IMG/VR virus record: IMGVR_UViG_3300021197_001797
Location: 1-58,525 of that record
Strand: one strand, 5' to 3'
Source: a virus
Taxonomy: Duplodnaviria; Caudoviricetes
Length of the DNA: 58,525 bases
Shown: in pieces, positions 33,510 to 43,527 of the stretch
How the letters are laid out: each line of letters begins with the position of its first letter
Position numbering within the stretch: the stretch's first letter is position 1
Made by a program: the position numbers and the translations under genes
The notes under the pieces: model-generated
Database searches by the model: none
What the model saw: only the letters and a program-made list of their open reading frames with translations
Told to the model about the DNA's origin: nothing

Positions 33510-35766
33510 CGCGACGGACGTAGCACGTAACATACTAGGCCAAGGTCTTCTTTTAGGTTGGGGAGACGAGCTTGAAGGTCTGGTGCGTTCTAAGTTTGGT
33601 GATGAAACTTATGAAGACGCTGTTAAGCAGATACGCGCAGAGAACGAAACTTATTCAACAGAAAATCCTTACGGAGCATTAGCAGGAGAAATTGCGGGTG
33701 GATTCATACCAACAATTGGGGCATTAGCTTTGACGCCATTCACTGGTGGATCATCTACAGCTCTTGCTGCAGGGAACATAGGCAGATTAGCAACGATGGG
33801 CGCGAGGAAGTTAGGGCCATTAGGAACCGCAGCATTAGTTGGAGCTGGAGAAGGCGCGATAGCTGGAGCAGGCACGGCAGAAGAAGGCAGTCGTTTACAA
33901 GGAGCAGGTTTAGGAGCTGTGATTGGTGGTGCGGCAGGAACAGTAGTTCAAAAAGGATCTGAGGCAGTAGTCAACGCACTCAACAAAAGAGCGATACAAA
34001 AAGCAGCACGGCAAGTTCCGGACGAGAGCGCATATGATCCATTGCAAGATCGGTTGGTAGCCAGTGGCGTACGCATGGACGCAGTGAAAGACAAAGGTGG
34101 CAATTGGATTGAAAACGAAGAATTGTTCACAGACCTTTACCGTGGTCCACCAGACGCGAGTCAACTCAACGAACCTATATACAAAGCTGAAAGATCAATA
34201 ATCAAAAAACTACAAAAGTATGCTAAAAGTGAAATGGGCACGCCAGAAGATCCTGTGAGAATACAAGCAGACGCCGAAAACATATTGCATTTTGATGGAG
34301 CAGAAAGATTTGGGCTGCCGGATCCTTTAGCCAATTACTCTTCGCCCAGATACGACAGCAATACAAAATTCAAAAGATATGGAGAATCGCGTGAAGGTCT
34401 TACGTGGGAAGACGTCAGCGACAGAGAAATAAGAATTGAAACAGCAGGAGAATTATTAGACCCTAAAAGGTATGCTGACTTGCGAAGAGACAAGCTAGCA
34501 GATGAGTTCTTTTTTGAAGACATAGATAGAGTAGACGGCAAACTCCCTGATGAAGTTGTGAACAAAAAAGTTGAAGAAACTTTAGAAAAATATCCTTGGT
34601 TGTCTAAAGTTCCTCCTGAAACTAAAGTTTTCTCGCCACAGTCGAATGCAAACAGATACACCAGTCGAAATTTGCGTTTTGATCATTTGATGGATGAGAT
34701 GAGAAACGCCATGGACCCAGATTCTAATTTGCCTGTTGACTTGCGCATTAATGCTGAAAAAGTAGAACAAATGAGCGTGCCAGCGATGATAAGGAAAGTT
34801 CACAAAATAAACGAATGGAGAGCAAAAGAAGCAGCAAGAGTTCAAAAAGAAGGGATGATGAGAACCCTACAAAACAAAAGTGTTTTCCAAGATGATTATT
34901 TTGAAATAGATTTTGTAGATCAAAAAGGTGGCAAGTGGGTAGAGTTGCCAAGTTCAAAATCAGAGGACGGGCAAGTTTGCACATTCATTGGTGCTGCAGG
35001 AGGTTGGTGCACACAGTCTCCGAACACTGCAGCTTATTACGCTCCAGAAAACAGGATGTCTAAATTAGACGTTTTGTTAGACGCAGAAGGAAGACCTCAT
35101 GTTCAAGTCTTTTTGAAAGACAATAGAGCTTTTGACCCTGAAGAAATCGGGACAGAAGAAGACCTGTATAGAGATTTAGAAGAATACATGGAAGATTGGT
35201 ATGGAACTAATGGAACAGCTGATGACGAAGCTGCAAATTTAGCCCAACAAGATTTTATAGAAGATTGGACTTCTGTAAACGAATACAAAATAGAATTGGC
35301 AAACGACCCCGCAGGCCGTTTTCAACAAGAGTTTTCCATAGATGAAATAAAGCCTGTTGGCAACTCACTAGGCAGCAAACAATCTGTTCAATACAATGAA
35401 AGAGACCCTGATTACGCTGAGAAGATTGCTAACAGCACAATGGCTTATTTGAACAACTTGTCCAAAAAATTTGGAGACAATTTGACAGATGTAACTTCCG
35501 GAGATTTAGATCATTTAGGAATTGTAGACACAAATAATTTGACACAAATGTCAGAAACATTATTAGATGGTCCGACAGGAAAAGCACCAAGAGCAGTCTT
35601 TGAAGAGTTCGATGACTGGGCAAGAGAAAATGGAGGTTATGGAGACGGAAGATTTATCAAAACATTTGAATTGATAAGGATGTTTGGTAGTTGGCAAGAC
35701 AGGAACTTCGCTGAAGGCGGTTCAGTAGACATTGATGCATTAATAGCAGACGTGCTTGGAGATTAA
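33502..35766 (+). CDS. Modular protein: ejection-protein-like N-terminus plus PcfJ-like domain
   Basis: N-terminal ~150 aa paralogous to 8836-10992; KWVEL..GWCT..AYY..LLDAEGRPHVQV; C-terminal FAEGG. Confidence 0.6.
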   Translation: MASATDVARNILGQGLLLGWGDELEGLVRSKFGDETYEDAVKQIRAENETYSTENPYGALAGEIAGGFIPTIGALALTPFTGGSSTALAAGNIGRLATMGARKLGPLGTAALVGAGEGAIAGAGTAEEGSRLQGAGLGAVIGGAAGTVVQKGSEAVVNALNKRAIQKAARQVPDESAYDPLQDRLVASGVRMDAVKDKGGNWIENEELFTDLYRGPPDASQLNEPIYKAERSIIKKLQKYAKSEMGTPEDPVRIQADAENILHFDGAERFGLPDPLANYSSPRYDSNTKFKRYGESREGLTWEDVSDREIRIETAGELLDPKRYADLRRDKLADEFFFEDIDRVDGKLPDEVVNKKVEETLEKYPWLSKVPPETKVFSPQSNANRYTSRNLRFDHLMDEMRNAMDPDSNLPVDLRINAEKVEQMSVPAMIRKVHKINEWRAKEAARVQKEGMMRTLQNKSVFQDDYFEIDFVDQKGGKWVELPSSKSEDGQVCTFIGAAGGWCTQSPNTAAYYAPENRMSKLDVLLDAEGRPHVQVFLKDNRAFDPEEIGTEEDLYRDLEEYMEDWYGTNGTADDEAANLAQQDFIEDWTSVNEYKIELANDPAGRFQQEFSIDEIKPVGNSLGSKQSVQYNERDPDYAEKIANSTMAYLNNLSKKFGDNLTDVTSGDLDHLGIVDTNNLTQMSETLLDGPTGKAPRAVFEEFDDWARENGGYGDGRFIKTFELIRMFGSWQDRNFAEGGSVDIDALIADVLGD

Positions 35767-35767
35767 C

Positions 35768-38356
35768 ATGGCAGACGTACAAATAACAGAAGAAGAAATG
35801 ACTATAGTTGAAATGCCGGAGGAAGAGCTAGAAGTTGAAGACACAGCAGATGGCGGTGCAGTTATAAAGCTAGAGTCTATTTCTGTCAAAGAAGGTTCAG
35901 AGCATTTTGCCAACATTGTAGAAGAAGTTGATCGCAGCAAATTGAGAATTTGTATTAGTGATTTGTTGACAAAGATAGGACGTGACAAAGAAGCTAGGCA
36001 AAAAAGAGACAAACAATATGAAGAGGGATTGCGCAGAACAGGCTTGGGTGATGACGCTCCAGGTGGAGCACAATTTGCCGGAGCAAACAAAGTGGTGCAT
36101 CCGATGTTAGTTGAAGCTTGTGTAGACTTTTCAGCTAGGTTCATCAAAGAGATATTCCCTCCAAATGGGCCTGTGAAATCCAAGATCATAGGTGAAACAG
36201 ACAAGGTCAAGGTAGAAAAAGCGCAACGCAAAACAGAGTTTATGAACTGGCAAGCCACAGAACAGATGGTAGAGTTTCGTTCTGAGTTAGAGCAGTTGTC
36301 TACGCAATTACCTTTGGGTGGCGGTCAATACATGAAGTATATGTGGAGCCCACAGCACAACAGGCCAACATCTGAGTTCGTACCGATTGACGATGTTTAT
36401 CTTCCTTTTTCTGCCACAAACTTTTATACTGCAGAACGCAAGACGCACGTACAATACATCACGCACATGGAATATCAAAAACGAGTTGAAGCTGGAATGT
36501 ACGCTGACGTAGATTTAGGAAGTCCAAACCAGCCAGAATTTTCAAAAGCAGAACAAGCAAACGAAAAAATTGAGGGCAAACAAAACACATCTTACAACGA
36601 AGACGGTTTAAGAACGATTTACGAAATCTATACATATTTAGAAATGGAAGATGAATACGGTCTGGCTCCTTACATTCTTTCCATTGACAAGTCTTCTGAC
36701 AAGCCACTGTCATTGTATCGCAACTGGGAGGAAGACGATCAACAAATGAACGAACTAGATTGGATGGTTGAGTTTCCTTTTGTGCCTTGGCGCGGAGCTT
36801 ATCCAATTGGTTTGACGCACATGATCGGAGGACTGAGTGGTGCAGCAACCGGAGCATTGCGAGCTTTATTAGATTCAGCTTACATTCAAAATGTTCCAAC
36901 TCTTTTGAAGTTGAAGGGTGGACCAAACGGCCAAACGCTAAATGTTCAACCAACTGAGATTGTTGAGATGGAAGGTGGCGCACTGGTGGACGATGTTCGC
37001 AAGTTAGCTATGCCTTTGCCGTTCGCTGGACCAAGCCCAACATTATTTCAATTGTTAGGATTTTTAGTTGACGCCGGAAAAGGTGTTGTTCAAACTTCTT
37101 TTGAGAAATTTAGTGACCAGAACCCTAATGCTCCTGTTGGCACGACGATGGCGATCATCGAGCAAGGCATGGTTGTGTTTAGTTCTATTCATTCGCGTTT
37201 GCATTCGGCGATGGCGAGAAGTTTCAACATCCTCCATAGGATTAACAGCGCATATTACACGCAAGAAGGATTAGACGCGATCGACGCAGGACTTTCGATT
37301 AGCGCAGATGATTTTGATGGACCTTCAGATGTTGTTCCGATAAGCAATCCTGCAATATTCAGTGAGGCGCAAAGGTTCGCTCAAATTCAAGCTATTATGC
37401 AAAGAGCTGCATTAATGCCTCAAATGTACGATCAAAGAGCTGTAGAAGAGATGTTCTTACGCACTTTGAAAGTTCCAGGATCAGAAGTTTTGAACCCGAT
37501 GCCAGGATCAGAAGACAGAGATCCTGTAAGTGAAAATGTTGCTGCAGCAATGGGACAAGGCGTTTACGTTTTACCTTATCAAGATCATTTAGCGCACATG
37601 GAAGTTCATTTGCCGTTTTTGAAATCGCCTTTGTTTGGTTCGAATCCAACTATCACTCCTGTTTTCCTTTATCCGATGGCCATGCATTTGAGAGACCATT
37701 TGTTGAATTATTATTTAGCCGAATCACATCAAGCAATAGACCAAGCTCAAAGAAGAAAAATAATAGGAGACGACGCAGAGCAAGAAGTAGAAATAATTCT
37801 TCGTGTTCAAAAGTTTATAGAAGAGCAATTAGGTGGATTTGGTCAAGAGCTAGCGCAGATAAATCAAGCAGCACAGCAATTCAAGCCAGAGATGGCGTCT
37901 CCAGGAGATGAAGCTATGAAAATAGCAGAGCTGAGTGCGCAAATGAAACAAAGTGAATTGCAACAAAAAGCTGAAAAAGACACTGCTCAATTGCAACTTA
38001 ATAATATCAAGCTAGAAACCAATTCTAGAATACAAGAGTTGAAAATAGCTCAAACAGCTGAAATCGAACAAGCCAAGCTTGCTGCATCAGAAGCTGATAG
38101 AGTTCAAAGAACAGAGTTGCAGAGTTTGAGAGAGTTAGCTGAGACAGAAAGAAACAACGTAAGACAAATGTCTGAGACAGATCGTTTGAATACTCGTGAA
38201 ATGAACGAAAACAAGAGAAAAGAAGAAGATCTTGCGGCAAGAGAAAGAATGAATGCTTCGGACAACATGACAGCAAAAGAGTTAGCTGAGATGGAAATCG
38301 AATCAGGAGAGAAAGTTGCTGTGAGTACTGGCACTGGCATAGATCAGAATCCTTGA
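35768..38356 (+). CDS. Portal protein
   Basis: VVHPMLVEAC, GPVKSKIIG, IGLTHMIGGL..AAT.ALRALLD, APVGTTMA, SSIHSRLH; long C-terminal coiled coil; start ATG 35768. Confidence 0.88.
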   Translation: MADVQITEEEMTIVEMPEEELEVEDTADGGAVIKLESISVKEGSEHFANIVEEVDRSKLRICISDLLTKIGRDKEARQKRDKQYEEGLRRTGLGDDAPGGAQFAGANKVVHPMLVEACVDFSARFIKEIFPPNGPVKSKIIGETDKVKVEKAQRKTEFMNWQATEQMVEFRSELEQLSTQLPLGGGQYMKYMWSPQHNRPTSEFVPIDDVYLPFSATNFYTAERKTHVQYITHMEYQKRVEAGMYADVDLGSPNQPEFSKAEQANEKIEGKQNTSYNEDGLRTIYEIYTYLEMEDEYGLAPYILSIDKSSDKPLSLYRNWEEDDQQMNELDWMVEFPFVPWRGAYPIGLTHMIGGLSGAATGALRALLDSAYIQNVPTLLKLKGGPNGQTLNVQPTEIVEMEGGALVDDVRKLAMPLPFAGPSPTLFQLLGFLVDAGKGVVQTSFEKFSDQNPNAPVGTTMAIIEQGMVVFSSIHSRLHSAMARSFNILHRINSAYYTQEGLDAIDAGLSISADDFDGPSDVVPISNPAIFSEAQRFAQIQAIMQRAALMPQMYDQRAVEEMFLRTLKVPGSEVLNPMPGSEDRDPVSENVAAAMGQGVYVLPYQDHLAHMEVHLPFLKSPLFGSNPTITPVFLYPMAMHLRDHLLNYYLAESHQAIDQAQRRKIIGDDAEQEVEIILRVQKFIEEQLGGFGQELAQINQAAQQFKPEMASPGDEAMKIAELSAQMKQSELQQKAEKDTAQLQLNNIKLETNSRIQELKIAQTAEIEQAKLAASEADRVQRTELQSLRELAETERNNVRQMSETDRLNTREMNENKRKEEDLAARERMNASDNMTAKELAEMEIESGEKVAVSTGTGIDQNP

Positions 38357-38574
38357 ACATGAATTATCACAGAAAATATTTCAAAAGAAAAGGACAGGTT
38401 TCAAAACCTAGCACGATAGAAACCCAAAAAGCTAGCGCAAAAGTCAAAAATAGTGAAAATATTGATGAAAAGCACAAATTTATTTGTTATAGTGTGGCCG
38501 GAGTGTCCGGAAGTAGGGACTGGAAGGACGCAATACGCTCAAAATTGAGGAAAAATGCCGTATCTACAAAGTAA
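38353..38574 (+). CDS. Hypothetical basic protein (uncertain)
   Basis: Fills the gap between portal and next gene; weak start signals. Confidence 0.35.
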   Translation: MNMNYHRKYFKRKGQVSKPSTIETQKASAKVKNSENIDEKHKFICYSVAGVSGSRDWKDAIRSKLRKNAVSTK

Positions 38575-39244
38575 TATCCCACATTTCAAGTGTTGGGTCA
38601 GAAAAGATTACACTTTCAACCATGAAAAATTCCATGGAGAGTTCATTCATGCTATGGCAATTGCAGTTACAACAATTCCTTGTAGGAGTCTTAGTTTTCA
38701 GATGATTTTTACCGGAGCTGAAACATACGACAACAACGATCCCAATGTTCATGGCGGTGCAATGTGGGCAAGAATGCCTATAACAGCGTTAGTTGGCGAC
38801 ACGCCATTTGATGAGTGGCCTGTTCCGATGGCAACTCATGATGCGCAACCATGGGATTGTTCTTCTAGGACACATAGTGTTTATGTATTAGACAGATGCA
38901 CGCCTTGTCCTTGGATAGCTAAGATTGATGGAGAACTTTATCCAGCAAAATATTACTTCACTGTCGATTACACTGATTCAGAAATAGGAGACGATCCTGC
39001 TCAACACAAGCAGTCTCACGTCTTAGAACTTTTGGATGCCGGAAAATGGACAGGAAATATAGTAGCTTTGCCAAACAACAGGGTTAGAGTTACGCATCCA
39101 GCGTGGTTTGAGCTGGGAGAAGGAGCACCAGAGTTTCGTCCATCACAACACATCCACTACAGCAAGTCGGATTTGGACTACACTTTGGATGTTAATCGTG
39201 TTTTTGACAATCTATATCAGGAGAAAAATGATGATGAAAAGTAA
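38555..39244 (+). CDS. Conserved hypothetical head-module protein
   Basis: GAMWARMPI.AL, QPWDC, YYFTVDY, QHKQSH, ALPNNR; GAGG SD. Confidence 0.75.
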   Translation: MPYLQSNIPHFKCWVRKDYTFNHEKFHGEFIHAMAIAVTTIPCRSLSFQMIFTGAETYDNNDPNVHGGAMWARMPITALVGDTPFDEWPVPMATHDAQPWDCSSRTHSVYVLDRCTPCPWIAKIDGELYPAKYYFTVDYTDSEIGDDPAQHKQSHVLELLDAGKWTGNIVALPNNRVRVTHPAWFELGEGAPEFRPSQHIHYSKSDLDYTLDVNRVFDNLYQEKNDDEK

Positions 39245-39503
39245 AGGTTACAGAAAAGGTGGCACCAAATCCGAAGGTGAAAGAGAAGCATCTTTAAAAA
39301 GACGACAGTCTGTTAGTAACGCTATCAAAACTATAAAAAGTTTTGGTGGAGCTATGACTGACTCTGAGAAAAAATTGTTAGAAGGTCTTCTTAATAGACC
39401 CACCAAAAAGAGCATGGGCGGTTCTATGAAAACCAAAGGTTATTCTGCGGGCGGACCATATCAAGGACAACGTCAAGAGTATAAAAGAACTGGAAAAGTC
39501 TAG
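39228..39503 (+). CDS. Small basic protein with GG motifs
   Basis: AGGAG SD before ATG 39228; YRKGG, SMGG, YSAGG. Confidence 0.65.
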   Translation: MMMKSKGYRKGGTKSEGEREASLKRRQSVSNAIKTIKSFGGAMTDSEKKLLEGLLNRPTKKSMGGSMKTKGYSAGGPYQGQRQEYKRTGKV

Positions 39504-39691
39504 TGTCAGGCCTGTATGATAACATACATAAAAAGCGACAGAAAGTCGCTGAAGGCGTGATTGATCCTACTACTGGCAAGAAATTGAAAATGAGAAAGAA
39601 AGGACAAGAAGGAGCACCAACAGCTAGTGCTTTCAAAGAAGCTGCAAAAACAGCTAAAAAAGCAAAAGGTGGTTCTGTTTTTAAATGGTAA
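39503..39691 (+). CDS. Small basic protein
   Basis: GLYDNIHKKR..KMRKKG..GAPT...FK; ends KAKGGSV. Confidence 0.7.
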   Translation: MSGLYDNIHKKRQKVAEGVIDPTTGKKLKMRKKGQEGAPTASAFKEAAKTAKKAKGGSVFKW

Positions 39692-39879
39692 CTGAAAAAC
39701 TTTTAAACAAACTTAAAGAGAGTCAGGCAACATTTGCGCTTGATGCTTTGAAACGACCCCAAGAACGCGATGTTTTTGAGTACGGGTATCGCGTTGGGAT
39801 GGTGGCTGGATTTGAAGAAGCTATCAACGTACTTCTAACACTTCTGGATGAGGAGAAATATAGTGACAAAGGATTATAA
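39685..39879 (+). CDS. Hypothetical protein upstream of GroES
   Basis: 64 aa helical, EY...VG...G motif, overlaps both neighbours. Confidence 0.65.
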   Translation: MVTEKLLNKLKESQATFALDALKRPQERDVFEYGYRVGMVAGFEEAINVLLTLLDEEKYSDKGL

Positions 39880-40279
39880 GGATGCATTGAAAGAGGCGTT
39901 TCCAGCAGTTAATGCAGGGATACAACCTTTTGGTAGTCGCATTCTGGTTCAAATAAGAACAGCAAAAAGTAAAACTGCCGGAGGAATCATTTTAACCACT
40001 GATTCCAAAGATACAGAAAAGTGGAACACTCAGGTTGGCAAAGTTATTTCTGTTGGTCCTCTGGCCTTTAAAAACAGGAATACGATGGAAAGCTGGCCTG
40101 AAGGACAATGGTGCAATGAAGGCGAGTTTGTTCGCGTGCCAAAGTATGGCGGTGATCGTTGGGAAGTTCCATTAGACGACAAACCTATGGGTGAAAAAGC
40201 TATGTTTGTTATTTTCAATGATTTAGATGTCATTGGTCAAATAACCGGAGACCCATTGAAAATCAAAGCATTTATCTGA
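39863..40279 (+). CDS. groES: Co-chaperonin GroES-like protein
   Basis: PFGSRILV, KTAGGIIL, GKVISVGP, KYGG, NDLDVIG; GTG start after GAGGAG. Confidence 0.88.
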   Translation: MTKDYKDALKEAFPAVNAGIQPFGSRILVQIRTAKSKTAGGIILTTDSKDTEKWNTQVGKVISVGPLAFKNRNTMESWPEGQWCNEGEFVRVPKYGGDRWEVPLDDKPMGEKAMFVIFNDLDVIGQITGDPLKIKAFI

Positions 40280-40293
40280 TAAGGAGATAAGAG

Positions 40294-41226
40294 ATGTCTG
40301 TAGAAGAAACTATGGTAGAATTAGACGAAGAAGAAGTTGAAGAGAATCCTGAAGAAGAGTTGGTCGTAGTAGAAGAACAGCCTGAACAGGAAGAAGAGGA
40401 CGAACCGATTCAACAAGAAGAAACTGTTGATGAGGTCGACGATGAGCGAGAAGCGATCCGCGAGCGAAGACGCAAAGAAAAAGCTGAACGAAAAACTCGC
40501 AGAGAAACAGCAATGAAAAGGGACAAAACTGAATTAGATTTTCTTCGATCAAGGAATGATGATTTAGAAAGACGTTTGACCGCGCAAGAGAAAAAGTCTA
40601 CGCAAGTTGAAGTTTCTAATTTTGATCAACGTATCGCGCAAGCTCAAAAAGAAGCTGAGATGGCAGATCGTGTTATAGCCAAAGCAGTTGAAGACGGCAA
40701 TGGGGCAGACGTGTCTAAAGCTATGAAATACCGTGATGTAGCTTTAGCCAAAATGCAACAATTGAGTCAACAAAAACAGCACACTGCCAGCCAAGCAGAA
40801 CAATCCACTACAGTTGATGAGCAAACAATGTATCACGCCAAACAATTCATGGATGAAAATACTTGGTATGATTCTCAAGGTAGAGATGAAGATTCGGCTA
40901 TTGTGATGGCAATTGACCAAGCATTGACTCGCGAAGGATTCAACCCAAGGTCTGAAGAGTATTGGGACGAGTTGAGAGTTCGGGCAGCAAGAAGAATCCC
41001 AGAGAGATTTGATGAAGAAGTTGCTCCGAAGAAAGCTGTTCGCAAAGCTAGAGGTGGCCCAGCAGTTGGTTCAGGCAAAGAGCATGCTCCTGCCTCTACT
41101 AGAAAAGAAGTTTACATCAGTCCCGAAAGAAAACAGGCGTTGATAGACGCAGGTGTTTGGGATGATCCTGTTTTGCGTATGAAATACGTGAAAAGGTATG
41201 CTGAATACGACAAAGAGAACGCATAA
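40294..41226 (+). CDS. Capsid scaffolding protein (putative)
   Basis: Acidic N-terminus, coiled coil, N.WY..D..S, EY..EL; position ahead of capsid genes. Confidence 0.7.
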   Translation: MSVEETMVELDEEEVEENPEEELVVVEEQPEQEEEDEPIQQEETVDEVDDEREAIRERRRKEKAERKTRRETAMKRDKTELDFLRSRNDDLERRLTAQEKKSTQVEVSNFDQRIAQAQKEAEMADRVIAKAVEDGNGADVSKAMKYRDVALAKMQQLSQQKQHTASQAEQSTTVDEQTMYHAKQFMDENTWYDSQGRDEDSAIVMAIDQALTREGFNPRSEEYWDELRVRAARRIPERFDEEVAPKKAVRKARGGPAVGSGKEHAPASTRKEVYISPERKQALIDAGVWDDPVLRMKYVKRYAEYDKENA

Positions 41227-41236
41227 AACTTTTAAC

Positions 41237-41265
41237 TTGCTTTTTTTGATGTTTAAAAACATAAT
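41237..41265 (+). promoter_or_regulatory. Promoter for the capsid operon
   Basis: TTGCTT (41237-41242), 17 bp, CATAAT (41260-41265); shares TTTTAACTTGC with the terS promoter. Confidence 0.65.
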
Positions 41266-41292
41266 GAACTTAATCGCTGAAAGGAGCGAATT

Positions 41293-41823
41293 GTGAAAGA
41301 CGAACGAAAAACGAAATCTGCAGACGAAGGCCGTGCTAACCGTGCGATGGTAGATCGTAATACCACAGAAAATCGGGGAGTCACTGAGGACGAGCGGGTA
41401 GAAATGTTCCGTCAAAATTTATTTCAGTCCAGTCTTCCGGACTTACCAGATATTCCTGGCTGGCACATGTGTTGGCTAACTACGACTAATCCTCGTGATT
41501 CTATACAGCAACGTATCCGGTTGGGATATGAACCAGTTAAACCTGAAGAAGTTCCTGGTTGGGAATATGCTTCTATCAAAACTGGTGAATGGCAAGGTTT
41601 CATAGGGGTTAATGAGATGCTGGCTTTTAAACTGCCAATGTCACTTTACGAAAAATTCATGATGGAAGCGCATCACGATGCGCCAAACCGTGAAGAAGGT
41701 AAGTTGACAGAAACAGCAGAATTTTTAGAAGAGCAAGCAAGAGCATCAGGCAGTAGTGTAAGTATGGGTGATGGTAATAGGGGGTTGGGAGAAGAAAGAC
41801 AGGGTCAATTCGATCTTGTCTGA
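41293..41823 (+). CDS. Conserved head-module hypothetical protein
   Basis: AAGGAG SD, GTG start; P..PGW..CW, R.RLGYEPV. Confidence 0.7.
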   Translation: MKDERKTKSADEGRANRAMVDRNTTENRGVTEDERVEMFRQNLFQSSLPDLPDIPGWHMCWLTTTNPRDSIQQRIRLGYEPVKPEEVPGWEYASIKTGEWQGFIGVNEMLAFKLPMSLYEKFMMEAHHDAPNREEGKLTETAEFLEEQARASGSSVSMGDGNRGLGEERQGQFDLV

Positions 41824-41856
41824 CGTGCAACAATCTATTAACCAAAGGAGCTACTT

Positions 41857-42453
41857 ATGTCAGCGACAAGTGCACCATTTGGCTTCCGTCCATCCTACCA
41901 CAATAGTGGTCGAATCACGGCGAAAGCCTACGTGATTGCTTCTGGATACGCTCAAAACGTATTTCAAGGCGATCCAGTCAAATTAGTCGATGCTGGTGTT
42001 ATTCAATTAGGCACAAGCGACGGCACTCGATCAGGCACAACTGGTGGAATAAATCTACTAGGTATTTTTGCAGGATGTCAGTATAATGATTCTACTGGCC
42101 GTCCTTCACTTTCACCTTTTTGGCCAGCCAATGCTGCAGGAACCGAAATAATTGCTTGGGTTTATGATGACCCTGCAATCCTTTACGACGTCATGTACAC
42201 GAACCCATCTTCTGGAACTACGATTCAAGCTTCTGTTGGAAAACAGGCTGATTGGACAGTAGCGTCTCCAGGTGGATCAACTCAAGTTGGTCTTTCATCT
42301 ACTTCATTGGGCGTGCTTCAAGCGACATCAGGGCAGTTTCAAATCACCGGAGTTGCTGGTGGTGCTGATAATGCTTTGACAGATGCTTACGTCGATGTTA
42401 CGGTTCGTATAAACGAAATGCAGTATAATGCTGCAGTTAACACGATAAGTTAG
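41857..42453 (+). CDS. Capsid-associated (decoration/cement) protein
   Basis: APFGFRP, FQGDPV, GIFAGC.Y, VYDDP; directly upstream of the major capsid gene. Confidence 0.65.
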   Translation: MSATSAPFGFRPSYHNSGRITAKAYVIASGYAQNVFQGDPVKLVDAGVIQLGTSDGTRSGTTGGINLLGIFAGCQYNDSTGRPSLSPFWPANAAGTEIIAWVYDDPAILYDVMYTNPSSGTTIQASVGKQADWTVASPGGSTQVGLSSTSLGVLQATSGQFQITGVAGGADNALTDAYVDVTVRINEMQYNAAVNTIS

Positions 42454-42466
42454 GGAGGATTGAACT

Positions 42467-43381
42467 ATGGCTACTCCAATGCGTAGTACCGATTTCCGCT
42501 CAGTCGTTGAGCCGATCCTCAACGAAGTTTTTGACGGAGTCTATGAACAGCGAGCTGATGAGTGGAAAGATGTTTTCCGCGAGCAGCAAGGTATCCCAAG
42601 AAACTATCATGAAGAACCAGTTCTTTATGGTTTTGGGGCAGCACCTGAATTGCCTGACGGCATGGCTGTTACTTACCAATCCGGTGGTATTTTGTTTGTC
42701 CAAAGGTATCTATACCATGTCTATGGTTTAGCGTTTGCGCTTACCAAAGTCTTGGTTGAAGATGGCGATCATATTCGTATCGGTCAAACTTATGCTAAGC
42801 ATCTTGCTCAATCATTGATTGAAACAAAAGAGACTTTAACAGCTAACATCATGAACAGAGCTTTCAACGCTTCATATACAGGCGGTGATGGCGTTGCTTT
42901 GAGTGCAAACAACCATCCGATTGTTAACGGTACTTTTAGTAACATTCTGACTAATGCAGCTGCATTGTCTCAAACGTCTCTTGAACAGATGTTGATTCAA
43001 ATTCGAAACGCTGTTGACAACAACGGCAAGAGAATAAGATTAACTCCAACTCAAATCGTTACAGGCCCAGCAAATGTTTTCCAAGCTGAAACACTGCTCA
43101 AGTCTGTGTTGAGAACTGGAACAGCTGACAACGACATCAACCCTGTTAAATCAATGGGTTTGTTAGGCGATGGTCAAGCTAACCTTTCCAGAATTACCTC
43201 TAACACTGCTTGGTGGATACAAACTGATGCGCCAGAAGGATTAAAACTTCTAATGCGTAGAGGGTTAGAGAAGTCTATGGAAGGTGACTTTGCAACGGAC
43301 TCCATGCGTTACAAAGCTACTGAAAGATATACTGTAGGTTGGACAGACCCTCGGGCTGTGTTCGGAACTCCTGGAGTATAA
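42467..43381 (+). CDS. Major capsid protein (HK97 fold, Mu gpT-like)
   Basis: 304 aa; EP.LN..F, GFG.AP, GGDGV.L...HP, DNDIN, EGDF.T...RYKA.ERY..GW.DPR; GGGAGG SD. Confidence 0.9.
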   Translation: MATPMRSTDFRSVVEPILNEVFDGVYEQRADEWKDVFREQQGIPRNYHEEPVLYGFGAAPELPDGMAVTYQSGGILFVQRYLYHVYGLAFALTKVLVEDGDHIRIGQTYAKHLAQSLIETKETLTANIMNRAFNASYTGGDGVALSANNHPIVNGTFSNILTNAAALSQTSLEQMLIQIRNAVDNNGKRIRLTPTQIVTGPANVFQAETLLKSVLRTGTADNDINPVKSMGLLGDGQANLSRITSNTAWWIQTDAPEGLKLLMRRGLEKSMEGDFATDSMRYKATERYTVGWTDPRAVFGTPGV

Positions 43382-43387
43382 GTTGCG

Positions 43388-43447
43388 GCAGATCTCATCC
43401 TTCGATGAATTCCTCCTCTGGACATTGGGGGATGAGAAACTGTTTTT
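43388..43447 (+). terminator. Long hairpin / terminator after the capsid gene
   Basis: 15-bp stem 43393-43407 / 43423-43437 with 3 G-U pairs, followed by AACTGTTTTT. Confidence 0.6.
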
Positions 43448-43520
43448 GGAGATTAACTTTGTGTCTGACAGCTCTCCAGCTGACTACATGCAGACAGGCA
43501 CATACAACTCGCATGTGAGG
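43447..43520 (+). ncRNA. Structured cis-RNA, candidate Mu-gpT-DE-type motif
   Basis: Stem TGTGTCTG/CAGGCACA, inner CAGCT/AGCTG hairpin, two possible pseudoknots; lies directly downstream of a Mu-gpT-like capsid gene. Confidence 0.5.
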
Positions 43521-43527
43521 AAATAAA

